From assembly GCA_963728635.1 (NCBI GenBank), contig CAVSKR010000006.1:43203-107202 (forward strand): DNA of 64,000 nt, in the 5' to 3' direction. The translations under genes and the position numbers were made by a program. Below the pieces are notes generated by a model that was given only the letters and a program-made list of their open reading frames with translations, was not told the DNA's origin and searched no databases. The DNA is from an uncultured Chloroflexia bacterium. GTDB taxonomy: Bacteria > Chloroflexota > Limnocylindria > Limnocylindrales > CSP1-4. Numbering within the stretch: the stretch's first letter is position 1; each line of letters starts with the position of its first letter. Positions 18,555-27,272 of the stretch are shown here, in pieces.

Positions 18555-20806
18555 CCGAGCGGTCCCCCAAGGGAGACGCGAAGGGCGCAGGGCGGATCGT
18601 CGTCGACGGGCGCCCGGTGCCGTTCGAGCCCGGCGATTCCGTCGCTATCGCGATCCTCCGGACCGGCGTGACCCCGGCCGGCGGCGGGACGCAGTGCCTG
18701 AGCGGTGACTGCGGGAACTGCCTGGCCCAGGTCGACGGGGTGGCGTACGTCCGGACCTGCCAGGTCGGCGCACGACCGGGGCTGGCCGTCGTCCGGCATC
18801 CGGCGGACGGCCTGCCGCCCCTCCCGACGATCTCCGGTGCGGACCTGTCGGCGTCGCTGTCGGGGCCCGACATCGAGGTCCTGCGCGCCGAAGTCGACGT
18901 CGCCGTGATCGGCGCGGGCGACAGTGGCCGGGAGGCGGCTGCGACCGCGGAGCGCGCCGGCAAGCGCGTCCTCGTCCTCGATGCCGCGGGAGGCGATGAG
19001 GTCGTCGGCGTCTATCCCGGTCCGATGCTGGTCGTTCGGACGCCGACGCTGATGCTCCACGTCCACGCCCAGGAGATCGTCGTCGCCACCGGCGCGGCCG
19101 AGCTCCACCCGGTCGTCCCCGGCAGCGACCTCGCGGGTATCGTGACCTCGCGCGCCGCCCAGCGATTGCACGCGGCCGGCGTGGAGATGGGCGCGGCGAT
19201 CGCCGTCGGGACGCCACCGCCGGGCGTGCCCAGCATCCCGGTGGCCGGCCAGCTCATCCGGCTCGAAGGCGACGAGCGCGGTCGCGTGCGCGCGGTCGTG
19301 ACCGCCGACGACTGGATCGGGGCCGAGACCACGACGCCCTGCGACACCGTCATCGTCGGGCTCGGCTTCGCGCCCCGCGACCTGCTCGCGCGGATGGCCG
19401 GGGAAGTGCCACTGAGCGTGGTCGGGTCGGCGGCGTTGCCGGCTGCCCTGCCCCCCGCTCCGACCAGCGGGATCGTCTGCCCCTGTTCGGGGACCACCGT
19501 CGACGACCTGCAGGCGGCCTGGGATCGCGGCTTCCAGGAGCTGGAGCTCCTCAAGCGGTCGAGCCTCGCCTGCCTCGGCACGTGCCAGGGCAGCGCGTGC
19601 CTGCCGCACGTCCGCGCGTGGATCGCGGCGCGGACCGGCGAGGTGCCGGCGCCCTTCACCGCGCGTCCCGCCTCGCGGCAGATCACGCTCGCCGAGGCTG
19701 CCGCGGACACCCAGGTCGATGTCTTCCGGCGGACGCCGCTGCACGAAGAGCACCTCGCGCTCGGCGGGCGGCTCGACCGGTTCGGGAACTGGTGGCGGCC
19801 GTGGCACTACGGCGACGCGATCGCCGAGTACTGGAGCGTCCGCGAGGGCGTGTCGGTGGGCGACGTCAGCACGCTCGGGAAGGTCGTTGTCTCTGGGCCC
19901 GACGTCGTCGAGTTCCTCGAGCGGCTGTACCCGTGCAACGTCGCCGACATCCGGCCGGGTCGCTCGCGCTACGCGCTGCTGCTCAACGAACGCGGCCACA
20001 TCATGGACGACGGGATGATCCTGCGCGAAGCGGAGACCCGGTTCGTGCTGACGTTCACGTCGGGTGGTGCGGCGAACGCCGAGATGTGGCTCCGCGACTG
20101 GGTCGACGAATGGGGGCTCCGGGTCCACGTGATGGACCGCACGATGTCCCTCGCCGCGATCAACGTCACGGGGCCGCTGGCCGGCCAGCTCCTTCGGCGC
20201 GCCGGTCTGGCCGAGCCACCGGCATTCCTCGGGCACGTCCGGGCCGACGTGGCGGGGGTCCCGTGTCACGTGATGCGGCTCTCCTTCACCGGCGAGGCAT
20301 CCTGGGAGCTGCATCACCCGGTCGATCGGTCGGTGGAGCTGTGGCGAGCGCTCCTGTCGATGGGCGAGGAATGGGGAATCCGCCCGCACGGTCTCAAGGC
20401 GCTCTTCGGCCTGCGGCTCGAGAAGGGCCACGTGATCGTGGGCATGGACACCGAGCTGGACACGACGCCGCGTCGGGTCGGGATGCCGTGGGCCGTCCGC
20501 ATGGACAAGCCGACGTTCATCGGTCGCGCGGCACTCGAAAGGACGGCGAACCAGCCCGACCATCGCCGGCTGCGCGGGTTCACGATGGAGGGTGACGCGC
20601 CCATCGAGGGCTCGCCGATCTTCGTCGACGGCGAGATCGTCGGCCACATCTCGGGCAGCTGGGCGTCACCGATCCTCGAGAAGACCGTGATGCTCGGCTG
20701 GCTCAAGCGGTTGCCGTTCGCCGAGACGGTCGAGATCGACGGTCGCGAGGCGGTCGTCACGCCGACTCCGTTCTATGACCCGGAGGGCCACCGTGCACGT
20801 GCTTAG
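18551..20806 (+). CDS. soxA: sarcosine oxidase alpha-subunit family protein (N-terminal 2Fe-2S, FAD/NAD-binding and GcvT domains)
   Basis: GTG overlapping upstream stop; N-terminal Cys cluster CLSGDCGNCLAQVDG, VAVIGAGDSG dinucleotide fold, GcvT domain at C-terminus; 751 aa is short for SoxA; 1132-aa ORF-track call is an out-of-frame upstream extension. Confidence 0.75.
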   Translation: MTERSPKGDAKGAGRIVVDGRPVPFEPGDSVAIAILRTGVTPAGGGTQCLSGDCGNCLAQVDGVAYVRTCQVGARPGLAVVRHPADGLPPLPTISGADLSASLSGPDIEVLRAEVDVAVIGAGDSGREAAATAERAGKRVLVLDAAGGDEVVGVYPGPMLVVRTPTLMLHVHAQEIVVATGAAELHPVVPGSDLAGIVTSRAAQRLHAAGVEMGAAIAVGTPPPGVPSIPVAGQLIRLEGDERGRVRAVVTADDWIGAETTTPCDTVIVGLGFAPRDLLARMAGEVPLSVVGSAALPAALPPAPTSGIVCPCSGTTVDDLQAAWDRGFQELELLKRSSLACLGTCQGSACLPHVRAWIAARTGEVPAPFTARPASRQITLAEAAADTQVDVFRRTPLHEEHLALGGRLDRFGNWWRPWHYGDAIAEYWSVREGVSVGDVSTLGKVVVSGPDVVEFLERLYPCNVADIRPGRSRYALLLNERGHIMDDGMILREAETRFVLTFTSGGAANAEMWLRDWVDEWGLRVHVMDRTMSLAAINVTGPLAGQLLRRAGLAEPPAFLGHVRADVAGVPCHVMRLSFTGEASWELHHPVDRSVELWRALLSMGEEWGIRPHGLKALFGLRLEKGHVIVGMDTELDTTPRRVGMPWAVRMDKPTFIGRAALERTANQPDHRRLRGFTMEGDAPIEGSPIFVDGEIVGHISGSWASPILEKTVMLGWLKRLPFAETVEIDGREAVVTPTPFYDPEGHRARA

Positions 20807-21209
20807 GTCGCCGGGCGTTCGGGTCGTCGCGTCGCCCGCGGCGATCGATGGCGCGGCGTGGCAGCGTGCCAACCCAGGCCCCGATGATGACTTCGAGCCG
20901 CTGATCCTGCGGTTCGCGCCTGACGAGGTCTTCGCGATCGGGGCGACCGGAGTCCGCATCGACGACCCCGACGCGATCACCGAGGCCGAGGTCGGCTACG
21001 TCGCGGTCATGTTCCCCGTGGACGAGTTCATCGACTTCGTCCTGCCCCGGATCGAATGGCCGGCGCCCGCCACGCGGCCGGCCTTCGCACAGGGCGCGAT
21101 CGCTGGGGTGCCCGCGAAGCTGTATATCGATTCGACCGGCGCGGCCACGGTCTTCGTCCTCGCCGCCTATCTCGACGACCTCCTGGCGCGTCTGCCGGTG
21201 CCGACGTGA
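20775..21209 (+). CDS. soxG: putative sarcosine oxidase gamma-subunit-like protein
   Basis: 144-aa ORF between soxA and soxB in operon position; assignment by context only; start ambiguous (ATG 20775, GTG 20793 or 20799). Confidence 0.4.
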   Translation: MTRRATVHVLRSPGVRVVASPAAIDGAAWQRANPGPDDDFEPLILRFAPDEVFAIGATGVRIDDPDAITEAEVGYVAVMFPVDEFIDFVLPRIEWPAPATRPAFAQGAIAGVPAKLYIDSTGAATVFVLAAYLDDLLARLPVPT

Positions 21210-21330
21210 CGCGGCACCCCATGCGCCGTCACCGCCGCGTTGCCGACTGCGCGTGCTCGCTCACGCACGTCGGAGTGCGATCGCTCGCATGCTCGTCGGC
21301 GCCTTGCGCTGACACCACCTGGGGAGCCGC

Positions 21331-22554
21331 GTGAGGACCGGGGTCGCCGCCGGCTACGTCGCGACGCTGCCCCACCTGCGCTGGGATGAGCCGCGCGATG
21401 CCTACGACGTGGTGATCGTCGGTGGCGGGGGGCACGGGCTGTCGACCGCGTACTACCTGGCGACCCGCCACGGCATCACGAACGTCGCCGTCCTCGAAGC
21501 CGACTACATCGCCTCGGGGAACACCGGCCGCAACACGACGATCATCCGCGCCAACTACGGCCTGCCCGAGGCGATCCGCTTCTACCAGCACTCGCTGGAG
21601 ATGTACCGCGACCTCGAGGACGAGGTCGGCGCGGCGATCCTCCACCAGACCAAGGGCATCTTCTGGCTGGCCCATACCGAGATGGCGCTGCGCACCGAAC
21701 GTGCGCGGGCGGCGATGAACACCGCCGCCGGCGCGAAGACGGTGATGGTGACGCCGGCCGAGATCAAGGAGCTCGTTCCCCAGATCGACCTGACCGGTGG
21801 GCGCCGGTATCCCGTCCTGGGTGCCTCGCATCACCTCGAGGCGGCCACCGCCCGACATGATCGTGTCGCCTGGGCCTATGCGGCGGGTGCCGCCGCACGT
21901 GGCGTCCACGTCATCCAGCACACGCCGGTGACGGGCCTCGTTCGCGACGGCGATCGCATCGTCGGCGTGGAGACGGCGCGCGGCCGGATCGCCGCTGGCA
22001 TCGTGCTGTCGGCCGTGGGCGGGCGGGTCACCGCTTTGGCGGCGCAGGCCGGGCTCAGGCTCCCGATCCGGACCCACCCGCTGCACGCCTTCGTGACCAA
22101 CGACTACGCGCAGGGTTTCGGTCCGATCGTCGCGAGCACCGAGCTCATGTGCTACGTCTCCCAGACCGAGCGAGGGCAGATGCTGATCGGCGCCGAGTTC
22201 GATGCCCAGCCCTCGTACTCCCGTCAGTCGTCGTTCGCCGCCCTGCGTGGCTACGCCCACAAGATCACGCGCATCCTGCCGTTCCTGCGCGACCTGCGGA
22301 TCCTGCGGACGTGGGCCGGCATCTGCGACATCTCGGTCGACTTCTCGCCGATCATGGGCTTCACCGGCGTCGACGGGTTCCTCGTCACGACCGGCTGGGG
22401 GACATGGGGCTTCAAGGCGATCCCCGCTGGTGGCGAAGCGATGGCCGAGCTGATCGCCACGGGCCGGACGCCGGATCTCATCGCGCCGTTCGGACTCGAT
22501 CGATTCCGTCGCGACCACGCGATGGCCGACCAGGGCTCGGCGGGGACGCGCTGA
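21331..22554 (+). CDS. soxB: sarcosine oxidase beta subunit (FAD-dependent)
   Basis: GTG after GGGGAG; FAD motif VVIVGGGGHGLSTAYYLA; DAO-family core; 407 aa. Confidence 0.85.
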   Translation: MRTGVAAGYVATLPHLRWDEPRDAYDVVIVGGGGHGLSTAYYLATRHGITNVAVLEADYIASGNTGRNTTIIRANYGLPEAIRFYQHSLEMYRDLEDEVGAAILHQTKGIFWLAHTEMALRTERARAAMNTAAGAKTVMVTPAEIKELVPQIDLTGGRRYPVLGASHHLEAATARHDRVAWAYAAGAAARGVHVIQHTPVTGLVRDGDRIVGVETARGRIAAGIVLSAVGGRVTALAAQAGLRLPIRTHPLHAFVTNDYAQGFGPIVASTELMCYVSQTERGQMLIGAEFDAQPSYSRQSSFAALRGYAHKITRILPFLRDLRILRTWAGICDISVDFSPIMGFTGVDGFLVTTGWGTWGFKAIPAGGEAMAELIATGRTPDLIAPFGLDRFRRDHAMADQGSAGTR

Positions 22555-22800
22555 ATGCTCTGGCTCGATTGCCCACGCTGCGGCCGGCGACCGCTGGAGG
22601 AGTTCACCTTCGGCGGCGAACGTCGCCAGGTGCCGGACTCGATCACCGACCCGGCCGACCGCGACTTCGACGATGTCTGGATCTTCGAGAACCCCGATGG
22701 CCCCTCGACCGAGCGCTGGTTCCACGCCCACGGATGCCGGCGCTGGCTGACCGTCCGGCGGGACACGAGCGTCGACCAGGTGCTCGAGATCCTGCCGTGA
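22555..22800 (+). CDS. soxD: sarcosine oxidase delta subunit
   Basis: 81-aa protein with zinc-ribbon CPRCG...HAHGC; ATG immediately after soxB stop. Confidence 0.8.
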   Translation: MLWLDCPRCGRRPLEEFTFGGERRQVPDSITDPADRDFDDVWIFENPDGPSTERWFHAHGCRRWLTVRRDTSVDQVLEILP

Positions 22801-22820
22801 CGGGCCTGGCCGACCGCGAA

Positions 22821-23984
22821 ATGGAGATCACGCTGCGCAATCGCGTCCTTTTCGGGGTGGGCGCCGTGCGACGACTCCCCGAGCTGGTCGCCGCGGTCGG
22901 TGGCACGCGGGTCTTCCTCGTGACCGATCCTGGCGTCTTCACTGCCGGCCTGGCCGGCGAGGCACTGGACGTGCTGTCAGACGCCTCGGTCCCGACGACG
23001 ATGTTCAGCGCGGTCGAGGCGAACCCATCCGGCTCCACCGTCGAGCTCGGCGCTGAGGCGCTCCGAACCGTCGGCCTCGATAGGACCGTGATCGTGGCCC
23101 TCGGCGGCGGATCGGCCATGGACGCGGCCAAGGGTATGGCGCTGTGCGCGGCCAACGATCGACCGGTGTGGGAGCTCGAGTACGACGGGCCGGACCTCTC
23201 GCCAGGGGTCCCGATCATCGCGATCCCGACCACGGCGGGGACCGGTTCCGAGGCCCACCCGTTCGCGGTCATCACCCACGAGGAGATCGGACGCAAGGAC
23301 TACATCGGCCACCGGTCGCTGCTGCCGGTCGCGACGATCCTCGATCCGGCCCTGACCGTCGGGTTGCCGGCCGGGATGACCGCCGCGTCCGGCGTCGACG
23401 CACTGACCCACTCCCTGGAATCGCTGCTCTCGCGGAACGGCAACCCGTTCGCCGAGGCGACCGCCCTCGGCGTCATCCGGACCGTGGTCGAGTGGCTGCC
23501 GCTGGCCGTCGCGGACGGCACGGACCTCGAGGCGCGCTCGCAGATGCTCATGGCCGCCCACCTTGCCGGCGTCGGGCAGGCGAGCGGGACGGGCGTCGGT
23601 CTGGTTCATGCCCTCGGGCACGCGCTCGGCACTCGGGGTCGGCTGGCCCATGGGACGGCCCTCGCCGTGGTGCTGCCGGAAGTGCTCGAGTTCTACGCTG
23701 CGGAATCCGGCCTGCGGGATCGCGAGCTCGCCCTCGTCGGTGTCGCGATCCGAGCCGCCAGCCCGACCGAGCAGCCCGCGACGGCCGCGGGTGCAGCGAT
23801 CGGCGAGCTCCGTCGGTTCCTGGCCGGGGTCGGGCAGCGCCACCGCCTGACCGCGCTTGGCTTCGACGACGCGGCCCTCGACGTCGTCGCTCAGGACGCC
23901 ATCGATGACGCCGCGATCCGGAACTCGCCCCGTTTGCCGACTCTGATCCAGGCCCGAACGGTGCTCGCCTCCGTCACGGGCTGA
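22821..23984 (+). CDS. iron-containing (group III) alcohol dehydrogenase, candidate choline dehydrogenase analogue
   Basis: Fe-ADH motifs GGGSAMDAAK and metal-binding His residues; an alternative GTG at 22797 overlaps soxD stop. Confidence 0.85.
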   Translation: MEITLRNRVLFGVGAVRRLPELVAAVGGTRVFLVTDPGVFTAGLAGEALDVLSDASVPTTMFSAVEANPSGSTVELGAEALRTVGLDRTVIVALGGGSAMDAAKGMALCAANDRPVWELEYDGPDLSPGVPIIAIPTTAGTGSEAHPFAVITHEEIGRKDYIGHRSLLPVATILDPALTVGLPAGMTAASGVDALTHSLESLLSRNGNPFAEATALGVIRTVVEWLPLAVADGTDLEARSQMLMAAHLAGVGQASGTGVGLVHALGHALGTRGRLAHGTALAVVLPEVLEFYAAESGLRDRELALVGVAIRAASPTEQPATAAGAAIGELRRFLAGVGQRHRLTALGFDDAALDVVAQDAIDDAAIRNSPRLPTLIQARTVLASVTG

Positions 23985-24359
23985 TCCTGCCGTGCCGCAG
24001 CCCCGCTTCGGGATCTCGGTCGTGCCGCTGGCCGCCGATGAACTCCGCCAGGTCGAGCGATTCGCGTGGGAGGTGGCCCCAGCGGTCCGCGAGGCACTTC
24101 TCGGGCAGGCCTGACGCCAAACCCACGAGTTTCTGTCAGATGCTCGCCACACCAGCCGCCGGACAGCACCACGGCGCTGTGCACCCCTCCCTGGACGCAT
24201 GAATATGCGGTGACGCTCGTCCTCTTGCGTGGATCCATCCAGCGCTGTGCATGACGATGCACCGCGGCGAGCGGAATGACCAACGCCGCGTCCCTGGCTG
24301 ACCACACGAGCATTTGGCGAGAACGAGGCCGCGCTCAGCTGGCGACGATTCGGCCGCGC

Positions 24360-24783
24360 TCAGGCCGGCGCGATCACCTCGGCCCGCACCGTGATCGGCG
24401 GGCCCTCGCGGATGGCGCGCGGAATCTCGGCGATCCGCTCGACCTCGTCGATGAGCTCGCGGATCCGATCCTCGCGCGCCGCCGACCGCACGACCAGGTC
24501 CACCGTGATCGGCGTGGAGCCCGATCCCCGGGCCGGGAAGTCGCCGTCGACCGTGATCTCGACTCCGTCGAGCTCGATGCCCATCGTCGCCGCCTCACGG
24601 TAGAGGTCGTTCGACCAGCAGGCCGCGATCGCCATATAGAGCAGCCTGCCCCCCGCTGAAGCCCAGTCCGCCACCACCCGCCGCAGCGGGGCGATCGACG
24701 ATCAACGTGAAGGGCCCGGCCTCACCGAGAGCAGTCGGGCCGTCCCCGACGGTCCGGAGCCGAACCCGATATGCATCGGACAT
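24360..24783 (-). pseudogene. OsmC family peroxiredoxin-like protein interrupted by +1 frameshift in a G6 homopolymer
   Basis: N-terminal half (GGGGLGFSGG) in ORF 24595..24783 and C-terminal half (RLLYMAIAACWSNDLYREA...) in ORF 24360..24677; frames switch at C6 run 24649..24654 on the plus strand; deleting one G restores a canonical OsmC core. Confidence 0.6.
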
Positions 24784-24791
24784 CTCGCCGC

Positions 24792-25742
24792 TTAGCCGCT
24801 CACGATCAGCGGCTTCACCTCGCCGATGAAACGCTCGAGGGTCTCGACGTCGTATGGCGCGGGCTGCTCGGAGATGACGGTCCGGAACCCGAGGTCGACG
24901 TACGGTCGGAGCCGGTCCGCGAGCTGCTCGGGCGTCCCGTTCCAGAACGTGTCGTCGTCCTCGACCTCGGACATCGGCGTCCGGTTGTGCTCCATCGCGG
25001 CCTTCCAGACCCGATCGGCCTCGGCCTCGCTGTCGCGGATCGTGAACTTGACGCCGAGCGTGAACTCGATCTCGGCGATGTCGCGACCGACCTCATCACA
25101 ATGCCGCTTGAGCACATCGACCTTGCGCGCCATCACCTCGGGCGGCCCCATCGCGTTCCACATGTCCGCATACCTGGCCACGGTCCGGAGCGTCTTCTTC
25201 TCGCCGCTGCCGCCGATCATGATCGGCAGCCTGCGCTGGATCGGCAGTGGCTGGTGGCGGAGGTCGTCGAAGGCGTATCGACCGCCGGGCTGCGAGGTGA
25301 CCGACCCTCCATCGAGCACGGTGCGCATCGCCGCGACCGCCTCGTCCATCCAGTCGAGCCGCTGACCGACGCCCGACCCGAAGTCGATACCGTGGGCCGT
25401 GTGCTCGAGCTCGAACCACGCCCCGCCGATCCCCAGGATCGCCCGCCCGTTGCTGATGTGATCGAGCGTGGCGGCCATCTTCGCGGTGAGACCCGGGTTG
25501 CGGAACGGGTTCGCACCCACGAGCAGGCCCAGACGAGTCCTCTCGGTGGCCATCGCCCAGGCCGCGAGGGTCGTCCAGCCCTCCACGATCGGCTGGTACG
25601 GGTCGCCAAAGATCGCGTACAGGTGGTCCCAGGTCCAGATGTGGTCGTAGCCCAGCCGGTCGACCCGCGTGGCCGCGTCGACCATCTCGGGCCAGGTGGC
25701 ACCCTGGCTCCAGAGCAGGATGCCGGTTTTGAGATCGGTCAC
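24792..25742 (-). CDS. LLM-class F420-dependent oxidoreductase (luciferase-like monooxygenase family)
   Basis: TIM-barrel LLM sequence (GYDHIWTWDHL, RAILGIGGAW). Confidence 0.8.
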   Translation of the reverse strand: MTDLKTGILLWSQGATWPEMVDAATRVDRLGYDHIWTWDHLYAIFGDPYQPIVEGWTTLAAWAMATERTRLGLLVGANPFRNPGLTAKMAATLDHISNGRAILGIGGAWFELEHTAHGIDFGSGVGQRLDWMDEAVAAMRTVLDGGSVTSQPGGRYAFDDLRHQPLPIQRRLPIMIGGSGEKKTLRTVARYADMWNAMGPPEVMARKVDVLKRHCDEVGRDIAEIEFTLGVKFTIRDSEAEADRVWKAAMEHNRTPMSEVEDDDTFWNGTPEQLADRLRPYVDLGFRTVISEQPAPYDVETLERFIGEVKPLIVSG

Positions 25743-25843
25743 GGATGAGCCTCCGAAGGGTGCTTGCGGGGACGCTCAGTCTAGGACGCCGCCGTCCCTT
25801 CTGGCCGGCCGCGTCGCGTGCTGACGAGACCTACACTCGCCGG

Positions 25844-26236
25844 ATGATCAGCCGCGCGATCTCGCTCCTGATCGCCGTGATGATCGTGGGCGCGTGCGCC
25901 GGTTTCGACCCGCGACCCCAGGGCAAGGTCACCCTCTATGGGCGCAACGGGGCGCCCGGCCCAGCGTGGTTCGGCGTGGTCCCGGTCGGCGATCCGCCGG
26001 AGACCGTCGGCTTCGGACCAGATTCCGGGGTGGCGTGTCTCACCGGCGCTGCCGGATCGGATCTCGCGGCCTACGACGGCGATCCGAGCGATGGCGGTCG
26101 ACCGCAGCGCCTCCTCGGTCGCCTCCCCGGCGAGGCGAATGCGCTCGTGATATGGGTCGATGTGGCGGCGGACGGCACGCTCACGACGGGGAACGGCGTG
26201 CCGGCGTGGTGGGTCGGCGACCCGCCGGCCTGCTGA
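25844..26236 (+). CDS. hypothetical lipoprotein
   Basis: MISRAISLLIAVMIVGACAG signal and lipobox; ORF-track start 25745 is an upstream extension. Confidence 0.5.
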   Translation: MISRAISLLIAVMIVGACAGFDPRPQGKVTLYGRNGAPGPAWFGVVPVGDPPETVGFGPDSGVACLTGAAGSDLAAYDGDPSDGGRPQRLLGRLPGEANALVIWVDVAADGTLTTGNGVPAWWVGDPPAC

Positions 26237-26263
26237 CCTCGCGCGCGAACGACCCGTGGCCGT

Positions 26264-26542
26264 CTAGGCGCGATCGAGCTCGCGGTCGATGGCCCGGAGG
26301 ATGAACCTGGCCGCCTCGGCGCTCTTGCCGCCGAGCCTCTCGCCCTCGTCCTGGTCGAGCGCCAGCTTCAGGTCGGTGAGGTATCGCTCGAGCTCGGATG
26401 TCGGGACCAGCGAGCCGTCTTCGAAGGCCCCCTCGAGCCGGGCGACGATGGCCCGGGCGTTATCCACGGTGTGGCCCTTCGCAACGATCAGGTCGCGGAC
26501 GTCCCGCCGGGCTGCTTCTGCCCCGGGGCCCACACTCGTCAC
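26264..26542 (-). CDS. hypothetical small protein, translationally coupled to the GNAT gene
   Basis: GTG start overlapping GNAT stop (GTGA); high GC3; no motifs. Confidence 0.4.
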   Translation of the reverse strand: MTSVGPGAEAARRDVRDLIVAKGHTVDNARAIVARLEGAFEDGSLVPTSELERYLTDLKLALDQDEGERLGGKSAEAARFILRAIDRELDRA

Positions 26543-27246
26543 GAGAACCTCCTGACCGTCCGCCGGATGAGCTCGCTGGTCCGATGTGGCACCCGTGCCG
26601 TCGAGGCGTCCGGCTCCACGCCGACGGCGACGGCCTCCTCGCGCAGGCCGTCGCGTTCCGCCTCATCCTCGATCTCGGCCGCGCGCAGCTTCCGCCAGTC
26701 GGACTCCAGGACGCTCATCGCGAGCTCGTCCCACCAGCGACCGTCACGGAAGATCAATTCGCGTGCGCGCCCCTCGATGACGAAGCCGCTGCGCTTGTAT
26801 GTCCGGATGGCGCGCTCGTTGAACTCGAACACGAAAAGCGCGATGCGATGCAGGCCCAGCGGCCCGAACGCATGCTCGAGCATCAGCCGGGTCGCCTCCG
26901 TGCCGTATCCGCGCCCCCAGGCATCCTTCTCGCCGATCGTGATGTGGTACAGCGCCGAGCCGTTGTCGCCGTCGAGCTGGCTGAACGCGCAGGTGCCGAT
27001 GAGGCGGTCCGACCCGCGCAGGTGGATCGCCATCGCGAGCGCGTCCGGGCCGACGACCCGCGCGGCGAAGAACCGCTCGATCTCCTCGGCGCGCATCGGC
27101 GCTTCCTGGTATCGAGCGAGCCGGGCGATCTCCGGATCGGAGTACCAGCGCCGGAACGCCTCGAGGTTCTCGGGCGCGTGGCGGCGCAGCACGACCAGCG
27201 ACCCTGTCAGGACCTCCGGGAACCACCTTCCCATTTTCGGCGCCAT
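26539..27246 (-). CDS. GNAT family N-acetyltransferase (RimJ/RimL-like)
   Basis: GNAT acetyl-CoA motifs (RIALFVFEFNERAIRTYKRSGF); ATG at 27246; ORF-track start 27312 would overlap the ligase gene. Confidence 0.8.
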   Translation of the reverse strand: MAPKMGRWFPEVLTGSLVVLRRHAPENLEAFRRWYSDPEIARLARYQEAPMRAEEIERFFAARVVGPDALAMAIHLRGSDRLIGTCAFSQLDGDNGSALYHITIGEKDAWGRGYGTEATRLMLEHAFGPLGLHRIALFVFEFNERAIRTYKRSGFVIEGRARELIFRDGRWWDELAMSVLESDWRKLRAAEIEDEAERDGLREEAVAVGVEPDASTARVPHRTSELIRRTVRRFS

Positions 27247-27272
27247 CGGCGGAACCGTATACCATCGCCGCC

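Noticed and set aside
18416-20647. 743-aa minus-strand ORF antisense to soxA
   Set aside because: High-GC antisense artefact
22149-22820. Upstream extension of the Fe-ADH ORF (611 aa in ORF track)
   Set aside because: Overlaps soxB/soxD in another frame; Fe-ADH homology begins near 22821
23985-24359. Small ORFs (62 to 140 aa) in the spacer after the Fe-ADH gene
   Set aside because: No motifs, mixed-frame overlaps, poor starts; treated as intergenic
26264-27246. GNAT plus small downstream ORF considered as a toxin-antitoxin pair
   Set aside because: The GNAT is a large RimJ-like enzyme; the small gene is downstream rather than upstream and lacks an RHH/DUF1778-like character; TA arrangement not supported
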